Shown here: piece by piece, positions 1-9,173 of the stretch
Layout of the letters: every line of letters starts with the position of its first letter
How positions within the stretch are numbered: the first letter of the stretch is position 1
Translations under genes and position numbers: made by a program
Notes under the pieces: model-generated
Told to the model about the DNA's origin: nothing
Databases searched by the model: none
Seen by the model: the letters and a program-made list of their open reading frames with translations, nothing else
Assembly: GCA_964357325.1 (NCBI GenBank)
Contig: CAYHLB010000001.1
Location: forward strand, 1 to 25,933
Length of the DNA: 25,933 nt
Source: Candidatus Woesearchaeota archaeon
GTDB lineage: Archaea > Nanobdellota > Nanobdellia > Pacearchaeales > GW2011-AR1
Direction of reading: 5' to 3'

Positions 1-148
1 GAATAGGGCTAGATTGTTTTCTAAGATGCTCGGAATTTATCCCATGAAATATTAGGTTTGGATTATTTTCTATTTTATACTCTTTACAATCGTCACAAAT
101 TGCAACTGAAAAGGTTCCATTACCATATGAATTTTCTAGTATTGTCAT
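1..148 (-). CDS. Hypothetical protein, partial (runs off the window edge): MTILENSYGNGTFSVAICDDCKEYKIENNPNLIFHG...
   Basis: Manual translation: ATG at 148, one base after the stop of the upstream 50-aa ORF, open to position 1. Confidence 0.5.
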   Translation of the reverse strand, partial: MTILENSYGNGTFSVAICDDCKEYKIENNPNLIFHGINSEHLRKQSSPI

Positions 149-149
149 T

Positions 150-302
150 TTATTTTAATCTGCCTTTCATATATAATGAAGTAGCTATAACTGTTTCAGA
201 CATTAGATTTCTAGTTTGATTTAATACCTTTAAATCATCTATTTCTTCTAATTTGTTTCCAGATTCAGAAGTAATCAAGCCAAATATTAGTTTATTTTTC
301 AT
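150..302 (-). pseudogene. Truncated 50-aa paralog of the N-terminus of the 433-aa protein at 10593..11894
   Basis: MKNKLIFGLITSESGNKLEEIDDLKVLNQTRNLMSETVIATSLYMKGRLK* aligns to MKTKLIFGLINSEPQSRLEEIDGLRVLNQTRNLMSDTVIATSLDMKE. Homology is lost at about nt 157-163, followed by a stop. Confidence 0.8.
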
Positions 303-389
303 ATCAATTATTGATTATTTTAGTTTTTAAACTTTGCTATTTGTTACTATTACAAAGTAGTTTATTTTATTTCATAATCAATAATATAA
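164..389 (+). repeat. Diverged direct repeat, copy A (partner 11750..11975)
   Basis: Ungapped alignment at offset 11586; 29 mismatches in 226 nt by hand count (about 87%). Confidence 0.95.
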
Positions 390-3300
390 TACTCTGTTTC
401 ATTTCTTACAAAGGTTTCTGTAATTTCTGCTTTAACTGGTTTTTGTTCATAAATATCAAAGGCAGTAATATAATTCCCTTTCAATATATCTTGAATGTTT
501 AATTGTGAATTATCAAACATAGTAATCTTTGTATTAGCTAAAAAACATCCTGTTCCTAAACCTGTTTCTGGATTCATTGCCCTAGACTCTGTAGCAGCTC
601 CACTAATAGCTATATCTCTTTGTTTTGCTTCTCCTTCAATATTCTTGCTAGTTTGCACGAGATCTTCTCCTGCATTTTCCACGGCTATTGGAGAAGTTTG
701 AACTCTTTGAAATCCTTCAGGAACAAAATCAGCTGATGAGGTTACATGGACTTTCTGTCCTGTTTCTAAATGTGTAAAAACTCCATTTCCCTCTTCTTTG
801 AATCCTTTTGTTCCCCTATAATAATCCATTGCAGCATTGACATCATTTTTTGTTGTTCCCCTTACAATTGCCCTAGCCTCTCCAACTTCATTAACTGCAG
901 TCTCGTAGGCAAGATTTAATTTTTTTTCACCTGCCGCTCCTTTTAACCCATATAGCCCTGCCCCTAGATTTACAACTAAACCTAGTTCAGGATTAATTCT
1001 AGACACAATATCTGCACCACTTCCTAGCAAGGCTTGTCCCCCAATTTCTCTTCCAAAAAAACTTGCTGTTTTTCCTGCCCCGTATGCAGAAGATAATCCA
1101 ATATAGGATACTGGGCTTAAAACAACATCAGCTGCAATTAATAATGCATTTTCTTTTCCAGATAATTTAATTTCAGTTCCAATTCTGTCTCTTGATAATG
1201 CACTGGATAATTCATTTGAATTTCCTAAAAATGGCATGTTTGCTATGGAAGTTTCACCTGCGACAAGCTTGTATAATGTTGCATCATTTTGAATTGATTT
1301 GTCAACAGAATTCATTAAAAATAATGCTCTCATAGCATCTGTTTGAAATTTTGATGAGGCCTCGCTGCTTCTTTCACTAGCAATTAATTCCATCATTTTT
1401 GGAATTCCTGCTTGAAATGAATTGGGATTAGTTGAATCAATTCCCGCTCTTTTCATGTAACTATCAATTTCAGCTAATGACATTGAATCTGTATAATGAT
1501 TTGCTTCATAAATCGTTCTGAATCTTTCAAGATTTGTTCCTTCGGCATATCCCCTTAAATCAACTCCATTTTGAGTTAATCTCTCCAAAGTTGTTGATGC
1601 TACCCATCTCTCATTTCCTAAATTATAATTTGCTTGTTGTTGTTTTAATAATTCATCTATTTTCCCTTGAGAACCTAAATAAGCATTTGTTGCTGGTTGA
1701 AGTGCTATTGAAAATGCATCCATAAACCATCTTTCATTTCCATGTCCTGCTCCAAGCATTGCATCTATATTTGCATCAGTTAATTTTGATTCAGAAAATG
1801 CAAGATTTCTATAATGCGCAAGAATTGTTTCCTTTAATCTATCTTTCATGTTTCTTGCATCATCATTTGTTGGATCCATATAAATAGATCTTGTCAATGA
1901 ATCATAAATTTCTTGAGCATTCTTGATTGGATCTTCCTGATATTTTATTGATGCGAGCATCATTGTTGCTCTGGACATTATAGAATCTGAATTCTCTTTT
2001 GGACTCAATCCACTTAATAATTCATTTGCCTTATCATAATCTCTTGAAGCAATATAGCTCTCTGCTATTCCAAAATCAATTCTTGAGACTAATTCTTTGT
2101 TTCCAGATTCAACTGCATTTGCTCTTGCAATTTCAAGAAATTTTCTTGCTTCTTCTGAATATCCTACTGCTTGCAGATATTCTGTTGTTTCTCTTCCAAA
2201 ACCGAGTGTTTCAAATGAATTTCTTATGTATAATGAACCTGCTTGTCTTAAAGCATTTAATGAACCTCTGTTGTAAATCAAGGAATCAATAACTCCTAAT
2301 GAATCAGAGGTTAAACTTGTTGGTTTCTCAGTTGCTTGCCCATTATATTCATATCTTTTTCCATCAACAATATATGCAACAACTTTATTTTGAGAATTAA
2401 CTTCAAACTCCAATGCTTGAGGAGTTGTTAAAGAACCTCCTAAACTAGCTCCTGTAATTGTTTGAGTTGTTATTCTAAACATTTTAGGAATATCAAAACC
2501 AGCAGAATTTTTAGTTGCTAAATCTGCAATTAAGCTTAATGCTTCAGCTTTTATAGATGGTTCATTTGATGTTTTCAAGAATTCTTCAATTCTATATTTT
2601 GAATTAGCATAAGTTTCTCCATCTAAAATCCCCAAATTAACCTGACTTTTCAATATATCTAATTGAATTTTTTCTTTAGTTGGATTATCCTTTGCCTTTC
2701 CTAATTCTGTTTGAAGCCGTGAAATTTCACTTTCAATAAGTTTCTTTTGAAAATCTTTTGTCTGCATTATCAATGCAGAATTTTCAGTAAAACTATTGCC
2801 TATATTTGAAAGAGGAACTGAATAGGCAAAATTCTTTCCATTAGGAAGTGTTGCAGATATAGCATAAGAATTCTCTTTTTCATCAAGAAAACCCGAAATT
2901 TTAGCATTTTCTCTGTTAGTGTAAGTAAAACCAAATGAGTCAGATGTTTGAAAGGTTTTATCTCTAAGCTTTAATTTTGCCTCCCCATTTTCAACAACAA
3001 CCTCATGCTTGAAATTATGAAACATAGAGTTTCCGGATTTAACATCAAAAATTGAGGTTTCTTTATTAAAGTCAACTAAAGAATCATCACTCCTCCCCTC
3101 AAAATGAAAATTTGAACTAGCGGCATCTTTATTTCTAAAGCTTGAGAGATGATCAACAATTATGGTTCCTTTGAAAGTATTTTTTTTATCGCCAATATAA
3201 ACTGCATCACCAGCTACTTTCGATAAGTCTTGTTCTGTAAAGAACACATTAAAATTTCCTTTTTTTGAAGAGAATACTTCTCCAAAAATTGATACAAATT

Positions 3301-4021
3301 CTCCTTTATCAATGAATATTTTTGATATTTTTCCATTTTCATCTATTTCGGCTTCAAATTTTTTAGACGATTTTACTTCTCCATTAGATATAAAACTTTC
3401 AATATTTTCTCCAGTTATCTTCTTTTTTTCAGGATCAAACATTACTTTTCCTTTTTCCTTGGTTTTGAATAAATACTTTTTTCCTTTATATTCAATTTCA
3501 TAATTTCCACCATATTTTGATGTGAATTCTGCGTAGTTTAATTCTCCATTCTTCCCTATTCTAAATATAGAATCTGTATCTAGTCCATCAAATTTCCTTA
3601 CAACTCCATCACTCCCAGCAATACTAAATATTCTTTGTCCTGTTATTTTTAATTCTTGTTTGATTCTATCATATTCAATTTTTACATCTTTAGCTAACCT
3701 TATTTTGATTAATTCATTTGCATTTTTATCCTTAATAACCAGAAAATCATTGTTTTCGTCTCCTGAAAATTCAACTGAACCCCCTCTAGCACTATCTCCA
3801 ATTCCCACTTCTAAATATGTTGAAATTTGCTTTAAATAACTCACATAACTATTCCTAAGATAATTTGAAGCCTCATTAAAATTTTCCGGAAAATTACTTT
3901 CCCCGATCTTCCCGTTATCATTAATATTATATTTTTTATATATATCTTCAGCAGAACATAAAAAATTTCCAAATAATATTATTATGATTATTCCAATCAA
4001 TATAGTTTTTATCTTTCTCAT
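362..4021 (-). CDS. Large exported protein (1219 aa): signal peptide, beta-rich region, TPR-like helices, Gly/Ala-rich hydrophobic segment, C-terminal N-half of a Hint/intein domain
   Basis: N-terminal MRKIKTILIGIIIIILFGNFLCSA; TPR-like FGIAESYIASRDYDKANELLSGL; ends GTG-CFLANTKITMFDNSQLNIQDILKGNYITAFD...EYYIIDYEIK*. Confidence 0.9.
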   Translation of the reverse strand: MRKIKTILIGIIIIILFGNFLCSAEDIYKKYNINDNGKIGESNFPENFNEASNYLRNSYVSYLKQISTYLEVGIGDSARGGSVEFSGDENNDFLVIKDKNANELIKIRLAKDVKIEYDRIKQELKITGQRIFSIAGSDGVVRKFDGLDTDSIFRIGKNGELNYAEFTSKYGGNYEIEYKGKKYLFKTKEKGKVMFDPEKKKITGENIESFISNGEVKSSKKFEAEIDENGKISKIFIDKGEFVSIFGEVFSSKKGNFNVFFTEQDLSKVAGDAVYIGDKKNTFKGTIIVDHLSSFRNKDAASSNFHFEGRSDDSLVDFNKETSIFDVKSGNSMFHNFKHEVVVENGEAKLKLRDKTFQTSDSFGFTYTNRENAKISGFLDEKENSYAISATLPNGKNFAYSVPLSNIGNSFTENSALIMQTKDFQKKLIESEISRLQTELGKAKDNPTKEKIQLDILKSQVNLGILDGETYANSKYRIEEFLKTSNEPSIKAEALSLIADLATKNSAGFDIPKMFRITTQTITGASLGGSLTTPQALEFEVNSQNKVVAYIVDGKRYEYNGQATEKPTSLTSDSLGVIDSLIYNRGSLNALRQAGSLYIRNSFETLGFGRETTEYLQAVGYSEEARKFLEIARANAVESGNKELVSRIDFGIAESYIASRDYDKANELLSGLSPKENSDSIMSRATMMLASIKYQEDPIKNAQEIYDSLTRSIYMDPTNDDARNMKDRLKETILAHYRNLAFSESKLTDANIDAMLGAGHGNERWFMDAFSIALQPATNAYLGSQGKIDELLKQQQANYNLGNERWVASTTLERLTQNGVDLRGYAEGTNLERFRTIYEANHYTDSMSLAEIDSYMKRAGIDSTNPNSFQAGIPKMMELIASERSSEASSKFQTDAMRALFLMNSVDKSIQNDATLYKLVAGETSIANMPFLGNSNELSSALSRDRIGTEIKLSGKENALLIAADVVLSPVSYIGLSSAYGAGKTASFFGREIGGQALLGSGADIVSRINPELGLVVNLGAGLYGLKGAAGEKKLNLAYETAVNEVGEARAIVRGTTKNDVNAAMDYYRGTKGFKEEGNGVFTHLETGQKVHVTSSADFVPEGFQRVQTSPIAVENAGEDLVQTSKNIEGEAKQRDIAISGAATESRAMNPETGLGTGCFLANTKITMFDNSQLNIQDILKGNYITAFDIYEQKPVKAEITETFVRNETEYYIIDYEIK
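365..547 (-). other. Split Hint/intein N-fragment (IntN, 61 aa, Cys1159 to the C-terminus)
   Basis: Block A motif CFLANTKITM and the IxDIxxGxxI element are present; no block B (TxxH) or terminal HN before the stop. Confidence 0.85.
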
Positions 4022-4752
4022 TTTGTATTAACTGCAAATGCAAATGTATATTTAATGTCATTAAGTTTTGTATTATCATCTGAGATAATAAAAAGGACAT
4101 TATTTTCATCTATAAAATCAAAATAAACATCCTTATCAAGTCCTGCTAAAGTATTAACTGAAACATATTCTTTGGTATTTTTTTGACTTTCAACTATTTT
4201 GTTTGAAGTCTCTAAAATTTTGTTAAAATTCAACTCTATTGTTACTGCAATAGTCATGTCAGAAGTTATTGCTTGTTCATTTTCTATTAATGATATTGGA
4301 GTTGTTGTTTCAATTAATATAAAATCTTCTATTTTTGTTTTTGCGTTAGTATTTTGAAATGTAATCTTTTTATCTGAAAATCTAGATTCATTCAAACAAA
4401 AAGGCAAGGATTCTTTAATATATGAAGAAATTTCATTCTCTATTTCTTGCTTATTTGGCAAAATATTCTCTCCTTTAAGATATCCGTAAGATATTCTGCC
4501 AATTTCAGTGTTTATATTCTCCTTTGGAATAGTTATATGCCCTCCATTAAATCCAATTAGCCTAACTGCATCTATTGCTCTTTCATTTACACAACTTTCC
4601 ATTGAATCCTGAATTTCTTGTATTTCGGGATATAATTGTTTATTTGAAATACTTCCTTTTTTTAATGAGTTAAAAATAAGTACTGAAAATATGGCAGATA
4701 CAATCAAAACTCCAATAATCATAAAAATGGTTATTTGTCCTCTTTTATTCAT
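4018..4752 (-). CDS. Class III signal peptide (archaeal pilin-like) exported protein, 244 aa
   Basis: MNKRGQ|ITIFMIIGVLIVSAIFSVLIF; ATGA start/stop overlap with the 1219-aa gene at 4018-4021. Confidence 0.8.
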   Translation of the reverse strand: MNKRGQITIFMIIGVLIVSAIFSVLIFNSLKKGSISNKQLYPEIQEIQDSMESCVNERAIDAVRLIGFNGGHITIPKENINTEIGRISYGYLKGENILPNKQEIENEISSYIKESLPFCLNESRFSDKKITFQNTNAKTKIEDFILIETTTPISLIENEQAITSDMTIAVTIELNFNKILETSNKIVESQKNTKEYVSVNTLAGLDKDVYFDFIDENNVLFIISDDNTKLNDIKYTFAFAVNTK

Positions 4753-4784
4753 TTAATATTTAAAATTATTAGATATATAAATAT
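4704..4784 (+). repeat. Diverged direct repeat, copy A (partner 12008..12090): 5' end and promoter of the pilin-like gene
   Basis: 4704-4752 vs 12008-12056 match at 45/49 nt; the shared ttaaaattattagatatata continues upstream. Confidence 0.9.
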
Positions 4785-4893
4785 TTTTAAAGGATTTATT
4801 TTCTTAGGAATGATGGAACAAATAAAACCTGCGTTTGTTTTTTTATATCCTGAAATTGGAGTCATTGATTGGTAAATAATTTGTAGAGGTTGG

Positions 4894-5484
4894 ATGTATG
4901 ATTGTCCTCAAGATTCTTTTTTTGAAAAAAGGATGGATGCCTGTGTAACTGAGGAAGAGAAAGAAGTTGTTAGAACTGAATGGATTCCTTTTAGAAATCT
5001 TGAGTATGGCCAGAGATATTCTCGAGCATTGAATCAATGCATTGATGCAAGATATAGGCAAAAAGGATTTTCCATTAATTATGTTTTATCAAGAGGTGCA
5101 ACTATTTCTCCTCATTTAGATATTAAAGAATCAGATAGATTAATTTATGTTAATGGACAACATACTATTATACAAGAGGATTCTAACTATGTTTTAGATG
5201 AAATTGGAAATGTAAGAGAACTTCGAGTTGGGGGATTTCATTTTAGTGATTGTGTTCAAAGATTTGCTGAGATAGCATACTTTAGGGGACTTTCTGTTTT
5301 AGTTGATGATGAACTTACTGAGTTATTTGGCGGATTTTTTGAAAACCCTGAATTTAATCCAGAGGGGTATCCTAGCATTGATCCACGAAAAAGAATGAGA
5401 CTTGAAGATTTTGTCCAATTATTTGTTAATAATAGAAAAGAAAGACCTTGGTTATATCAATGGCAAGGACAACAATCCTTTTAA
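4894..5484 (+). CDS. Hypothetical protein, 196 aa
   Basis: Long ORF with GAGGTTGG SD-like sequence upstream; no motif recognised. Confidence 0.75.
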   Translation: MYDCPQDSFFEKRMDACVTEEEKEVVRTEWIPFRNLEYGQRYSRALNQCIDARYRQKGFSINYVLSRGATISPHLDIKESDRLIYVNGQHTIIQEDSNYVLDEIGNVRELRVGGFHFSDCVQRFAEIAYFRGLSVLVDDELTELFGGFFENPEFNPEGYPSIDPRKRMRLEDFVQLFVNNRKERPWLYQWQGQQSF

Positions 5485-5513
5485 ACAAATAATAATTAAG
5501 AATTTATAATAAA

Positions 5514-5924
5514 ATGTCTTTTAAATTACAAGCACTGGTTTTTCCTGCAAGTTTTGATGTTCGAGATGCAATTATTTCTGGAAAAATAAATACAGCAATT
5601 TTAGAAGGACTTATTGATTATCAGACTTTAACACCAGTTCATTGCTCCTTAAAACGAGCATTGCCAATAGTTTTATGTTCTCCTGAAGGAAATTGGTGCA
5701 TGCAGGCCAATGTTGCATCAAGTTATCATCCTGAATTAAGATTAGTTAGACCAGATGAGTTTAAATCAGCTGGATTTTTAGATTGTGAGGATTTTCTGAA
5801 AAGCCTTGAAAGAGATCCACAAAAATACGATATGGGAAATATAGTGACTGTAATGAAATGGAATAATCTTAAGGGAAAATTAATTGATTATTCAAAGGCA
5901 CATGAAAGTATGGCTAGTAAATAA
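5514..5924 (+). CDS. Putative ASCH/PUA-like domain protein
   Basis: AIISGKINTAI near the N-terminus and AGFLDCEDFLKSL...IVTVMKW near the end resemble the ASCH pattern (by eye). Confidence 0.5.
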   Translation: MSFKLQALVFPASFDVRDAIISGKINTAILEGLIDYQTLTPVHCSLKRALPIVLCSPEGNWCMQANVASSYHPELRLVRPDEFKSAGFLDCEDFLKSLERDPQKYDMGNIVTVMKWNNLKGKLIDYSKAHESMASK

Positions 5925-6163
5925 TATAAATATTTATAAACTTGTTTTTCTGTTTTATTTTATGAAAAAAGTTAGTTTAAATTCAAACAAGAATTTTTCT
6001 AGCTTTAGCTTCTATTACTTTTGGTAAATCCGGGAATTTAAACCGGATGTGTAGTTCTATATGATGATTAGTTCTAGACTATTTGGTTGAAATTTCTGAG
6101 GAAGCTTAATTAAATTGGGGGCTGGTTCAGATTATAAAATCTGAAGGCCACCTGGAGGAAAAA

Positions 6164-6412
6164 ATGTCAATAGGAACTTTAGAAGATGCGCAACCAGACA
6201 CATATACTTGCAGGAGAAGAGCTGAAGCAGAGGCTTTAGATAAGAGGGCTGATAGAAGATTGTATGTTATGAATCATCCTTGTTTTTATCAAGTTCTACA
6301 ACCAATCAGACAAGGAGATGCTGATGGAGCTGATAATAGAAAACAAAGACTTGTATTAAGAGATGCACAAAATGGATGTAATAGCAATTGCCTAAATTAC
6401 TTAAGTAAGTAG
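6164..6412 (+). CDS. Hypothetical protein, 82 aa
   Basis: GGAGG SD directly upstream of the ATG; three Cys in the C-terminal half. Confidence 0.6.
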   Translation: MSIGTLEDAQPDTYTCRRRAEAEALDKRADRRLYVMNHPCFYQVLQPIRQGDADGADNRKQRLVLRDAQNGCNSNCLNYLSK

Positions 6413-6419
6413 GTTAGCG

Positions 6420-6461
6420 GGGTCTGATTAAAACAAAATCACGGAGGTTTTAATCAGACCC
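6420..6461 (+). terminator. Perfect 15-bp stem-loop downstream of the 82-aa ORF
   Basis: gggtctgattaaaac (6420-6434) / gttttaatcagaccc (6447-6461), 12-nt loop; no U-tract. Confidence 0.5.
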
Positions 6462-6674
6462 AGCTGGAGAGAACATTTTAAAGAACAGATTTCTTTAAAT
6501 CCTAACTATATTCCATATGGTGGATGGAATGGGAAAAGAAAATGTGTTGAAGATAGAGTCTATAAAAATTGTTATGGATTTATACAAAAATAAAAATTAT
6601 TATATGTTGAATATTAAATCTTGTTCAGAAAAAAGATAAAATATATAAAAAGAAATAAAAAATATTAAAAGGAT

Positions 6675-6749
6675 TTATTCAAATTCCTCGTCTTCATCAA
6701 TTGCATCTAAAATCGTTTCATCCTCTTCGTCAAAATCTACTTCAGACAT
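6675..6749 (-). CDS. Putative acidic microprotein, 24 aa (MSEVDFDEEDETILDAIDEDEEFE)
   Basis: GAGGT SD 7 nt before the ATG; 14 of 24 residues are D/E. Confidence 0.55.
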   Translation of the reverse strand: MSEVDFDEEDETILDAIDEDEEFE

Positions 6750-7102
6750 TATTTTAACCTCATTTTTTTGATTGATTTTATATTATCATTAGAGTATTTA
6801 AAGTTTTTTGTCAAAATTATTTATATTCTTTATTAGGATAAAGTTTAAAAACAAATGCTTCTTTCCTTGATATATCAAATTTTTCTTTATTTGGCAGTTG
6901 GAAAGGTTTATAAATAGGAAGAGTTATTGATAATCATTATAGATTATCAGATTACAGAAAAGATTATTAATCAGACTGATCTTTAAAATCATATTCACCA
7001 ATAATACAAAGAATAGATATTAATAGAAATTGAAGTAGGGTTAAGAATTCTTAAGTAATTTGTTAGTTTTAATATAAACAATTAAAGATTCAAAAAACAG
7101 CG

Positions 7103-7213
7103 AAAACCTTCGGTTTTGGCAAAGAGGTTTTTTGAAACAAAAAAATCCTTATTGGATTTTGAGTGTTCAGAAATTAAAAATTTCTGACATACAGAAAATT
7201 ATTAATTTTCTGT
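7103..7213. promoter_or_regulatory. Cluster of four inverted repeats upstream of dnaG
   Basis: aaaacc/ggtttt 7103-7117; aaaatcc/ggatttt 7142-7160; tcagaaatt/aatttctga 7167-7187; acagaaaatt/aattttctgt 7191-7213. Confidence 0.55.
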
Positions 7214-7248
7214 CCTATATTTCCCTGTAAAGGGAGAGGAAATTCAAA

Positions 7249-8463
7249 GTGGCAAAAATAAGTCCTGTATCAATAAAATACATAATTCATGCAAAATTCG
7301 AAGCAGATGGAGCTGTAGAAAAACCTGATATAATCGGAGCTTTATTTGGCCAAACAGAAGGACTTCTCGGCGATGATATGGAGATGCGTGAATTGCAGAA
7401 ATCTGGAAAGATTGGAAGAATTGAAGTCAATGCAAATTACAAAGATGGGAAGACAACAGGTGAAATTGAAGTTCCTAGTGCAATGGATAAGACTGAAACA
7501 ACAATAATTGGTGCTGCTCTTGAAACAATTGAAAGAGTTGGTCCAAGTGATACTCACATAGAAGTTACTGAAATCGAAGATGTTAGGGGAAGTAAGAGAG
7601 ATTATATCTTAGAAAGAGCAAAAAAATTAATGGAAAAACTTGGAGATAGTGGTGGAGAACTTTCTGAAATGACTTCAGAAATAAAAGATTCTGCTAAAAT
7701 ATCTAAAATGCAAACATATGGAACTGAAAATCTTCCTTGTGGTGATGTAAGTGGTGAAGAACTGATTATTGCAGAGGGAAGAGCTGATGTTATTAATTTA
7801 TTGAAGAATGGTGTGAAGAATGTAATTGCAATGAATGGAACAAAACTTCCTGATAGTGTTATTGAACTTTCAAAACAAAAATCTGTTGTAATATTATTTG
7901 TTGATGGTGATAGGGGTGGAAATTTGATTATTAAGAATGTTACTGAAAATGCAAAAGTTGATTTTATTGCAATGGCTCCTGAAGGAAAAGAAGTAGAAGA
8001 ACTAACTCAAAAAGAAATACTTCAGGCTCTGAGAAAAAAAGTTCCTGTTTCTGAATATCTTGGAAATAGCAGAACAAGGGGAGTTAGAAGATATGATAGA
8101 GGTGAACGAGAGGACAGGTATAATCGTAATGAAGAAAGAAGAGAATATGCTGAAGAAAAGACAAAATCTAAAACAGAAGTTAAGAAAATGACTGCTAAGG
8201 AAAAAGAACAGATAAAAGAAGAGGTTAATGATTTAATTGGTTCAAGGGGAGCAATTGCATTTAATGAAAAATTAGAAGTTATTCAGAAATTTCCACTTGG
8301 CAAGCTTCAATTCATGAGGTTTGATGAAACTCCTTATGTAATTGCAATTGATGGAACTGCTACTCCTAGAATAATTGAAGCCTGTGAAAGAGTTGGATGC
8401 AGCAATTTAATTGCTTCGAATTTTGTTTATTCAGATACTAAGATAAATTTAGTTAGTATGTAA
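7249..8463 (+). CDS. dnaG: Archaeal DnaG-type primase / exosome-associated TOPRIM protein
   Basis: VEKPDIIGALFGQTEGLLG, GKIGRIEV, TOPRIM IIAEGRADV and FVDGDRGG; GTG start with SD. Confidence 0.95.
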   Translation: MAKISPVSIKYIIHAKFEADGAVEKPDIIGALFGQTEGLLGDDMEMRELQKSGKIGRIEVNANYKDGKTTGEIEVPSAMDKTETTIIGAALETIERVGPSDTHIEVTEIEDVRGSKRDYILERAKKLMEKLGDSGGELSEMTSEIKDSAKISKMQTYGTENLPCGDVSGEELIIAEGRADVINLLKNGVKNVIAMNGTKLPDSVIELSKQKSVVILFVDGDRGGNLIIKNVTENAKVDFIAMAPEGKEVEELTQKEILQALRKKVPVSEYLGNSRTRGVRRYDRGEREDRYNRNEERREYAEEKTKSKTEVKKMTAKEKEQIKEEVNDLIGSRGAIAFNEKLEVIQKFPLGKLQFMRFDETPYVIAIDGTATPRIIEACERVGCSNLIASNFVYSDTKINLVSM

Positions 8464-8520
8464 TTCTAAATTAAACAATATGTTTTTAAAGATACGATAT
8501 TATTTATTTATGGGATAAAA

Positions 8521-9003
8521 ATGGGTGAAGAAAAAAAAGATTATAATAAAATATATCAAAAATTGTTTGTTTCATTGGTAATACTTGCATTTATACTTGT
8601 TGTTTCATTGACCTATTATTTTTTCTTTTATGAAACATCTTGCAAAACTGAAGACTGTTTTAAACAAGCATTTGAAAAGTGCAAAAAAGCCAGTGTAATA
8701 AAAGAAGATGATCAGGCTTCGTGGCTTTATCAGATTCAGGGGAAATCTACTGATAATTCAAAATGCGAAGTAAAGGTGATGTTGATGGTTCTAAAACAGG
8801 GAAATATTGAAAATCAGAAACTTGAGGGAAAAAGCATGAATTGCAATGTCCTTAAGGGAAATGCATTTTCTTCTGAAGGAGATTTAAATTCATGCACTGG
8901 GGAATTGAAAGAAGGAATACAGGATATAATAATCCAGAGAATGCATAAATACATACTTCAGAATGTTGGGCAGATTGAAGGGCAGTTTAAAAATTTAAAA
9001 TAA
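8521..9003 (+). CDS. Membrane-anchored Cys-rich hypothetical protein
   Basis: N-terminal TM (LFVSLVILAFILVVSLTYYFFF) followed by six Cys. Confidence 0.8.
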   Translation: MGEEKKDYNKIYQKLFVSLVILAFILVVSLTYYFFFYETSCKTEDCFKQAFEKCKKASVIKEDDQASWLYQIQGKSTDNSKCEVKVMLMVLKQGNIENQKLEGKSMNCNVLKGNAFSSEGDLNSCTGELKEGIQDIIIQRMHKYILQNVGQIEGQFKNLK

Positions 9004-9173
9004 ACCTTTTAATATATGCTTAATGGGGGTAACTATTCAATTGTTTCCTCACACTTGCATTTCTTAATAATTATAATTACTAAAATGCAAATGCTCAGGA
9101 TAAAATAAGGGCTGAGAGATATAACTGTTAGTAGGTTAGAAATATTAAAAAACTGTTGATTACTTGTCATATA

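Noticed and set aside
303-361. Possibility that the rest of the Hint domain follows the 1219-aa stop in another frame
   Set aside because: All three minus-strand frames hit stops quickly and none contains TxxHP or HN. The region carries a TATA-like TTTAAAAA, and the same stop is kept in copy B.
311-3503. Plus-strand ORFs 311..502, 495..701, 1534..1725, 1999..2292 and 3312..3503
   Set aside because: Antisense shadows of the 1219-aa gene with F/L/I/S-biased composition.
4843-5061. 72-aa minus-strand ORF
   Set aside because: Antisense to the better-supported 196-aa ORF.
5962-6027. 21-aa ORF MKKVSLNSNKNFSSFSFYYFW
   Set aside because: Short, no SD and no recognisable motif.
6098-6107. GAGGAAGCTT, loosely like the RNase P RNA P4 motif
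   Set aside because: No matching 3' P4 strand or GC-rich helices found.
6529-6639. 36-aa ORF MGKENVLKIESIK...
   Set aside because: Weak SD only; could arise by chance in AT-rich DNA.
9156-9173. TTG start giving the MITCHI extension
   Set aside because: ATG at 9174 gives a canonical basic-hydrophobic signal peptide.
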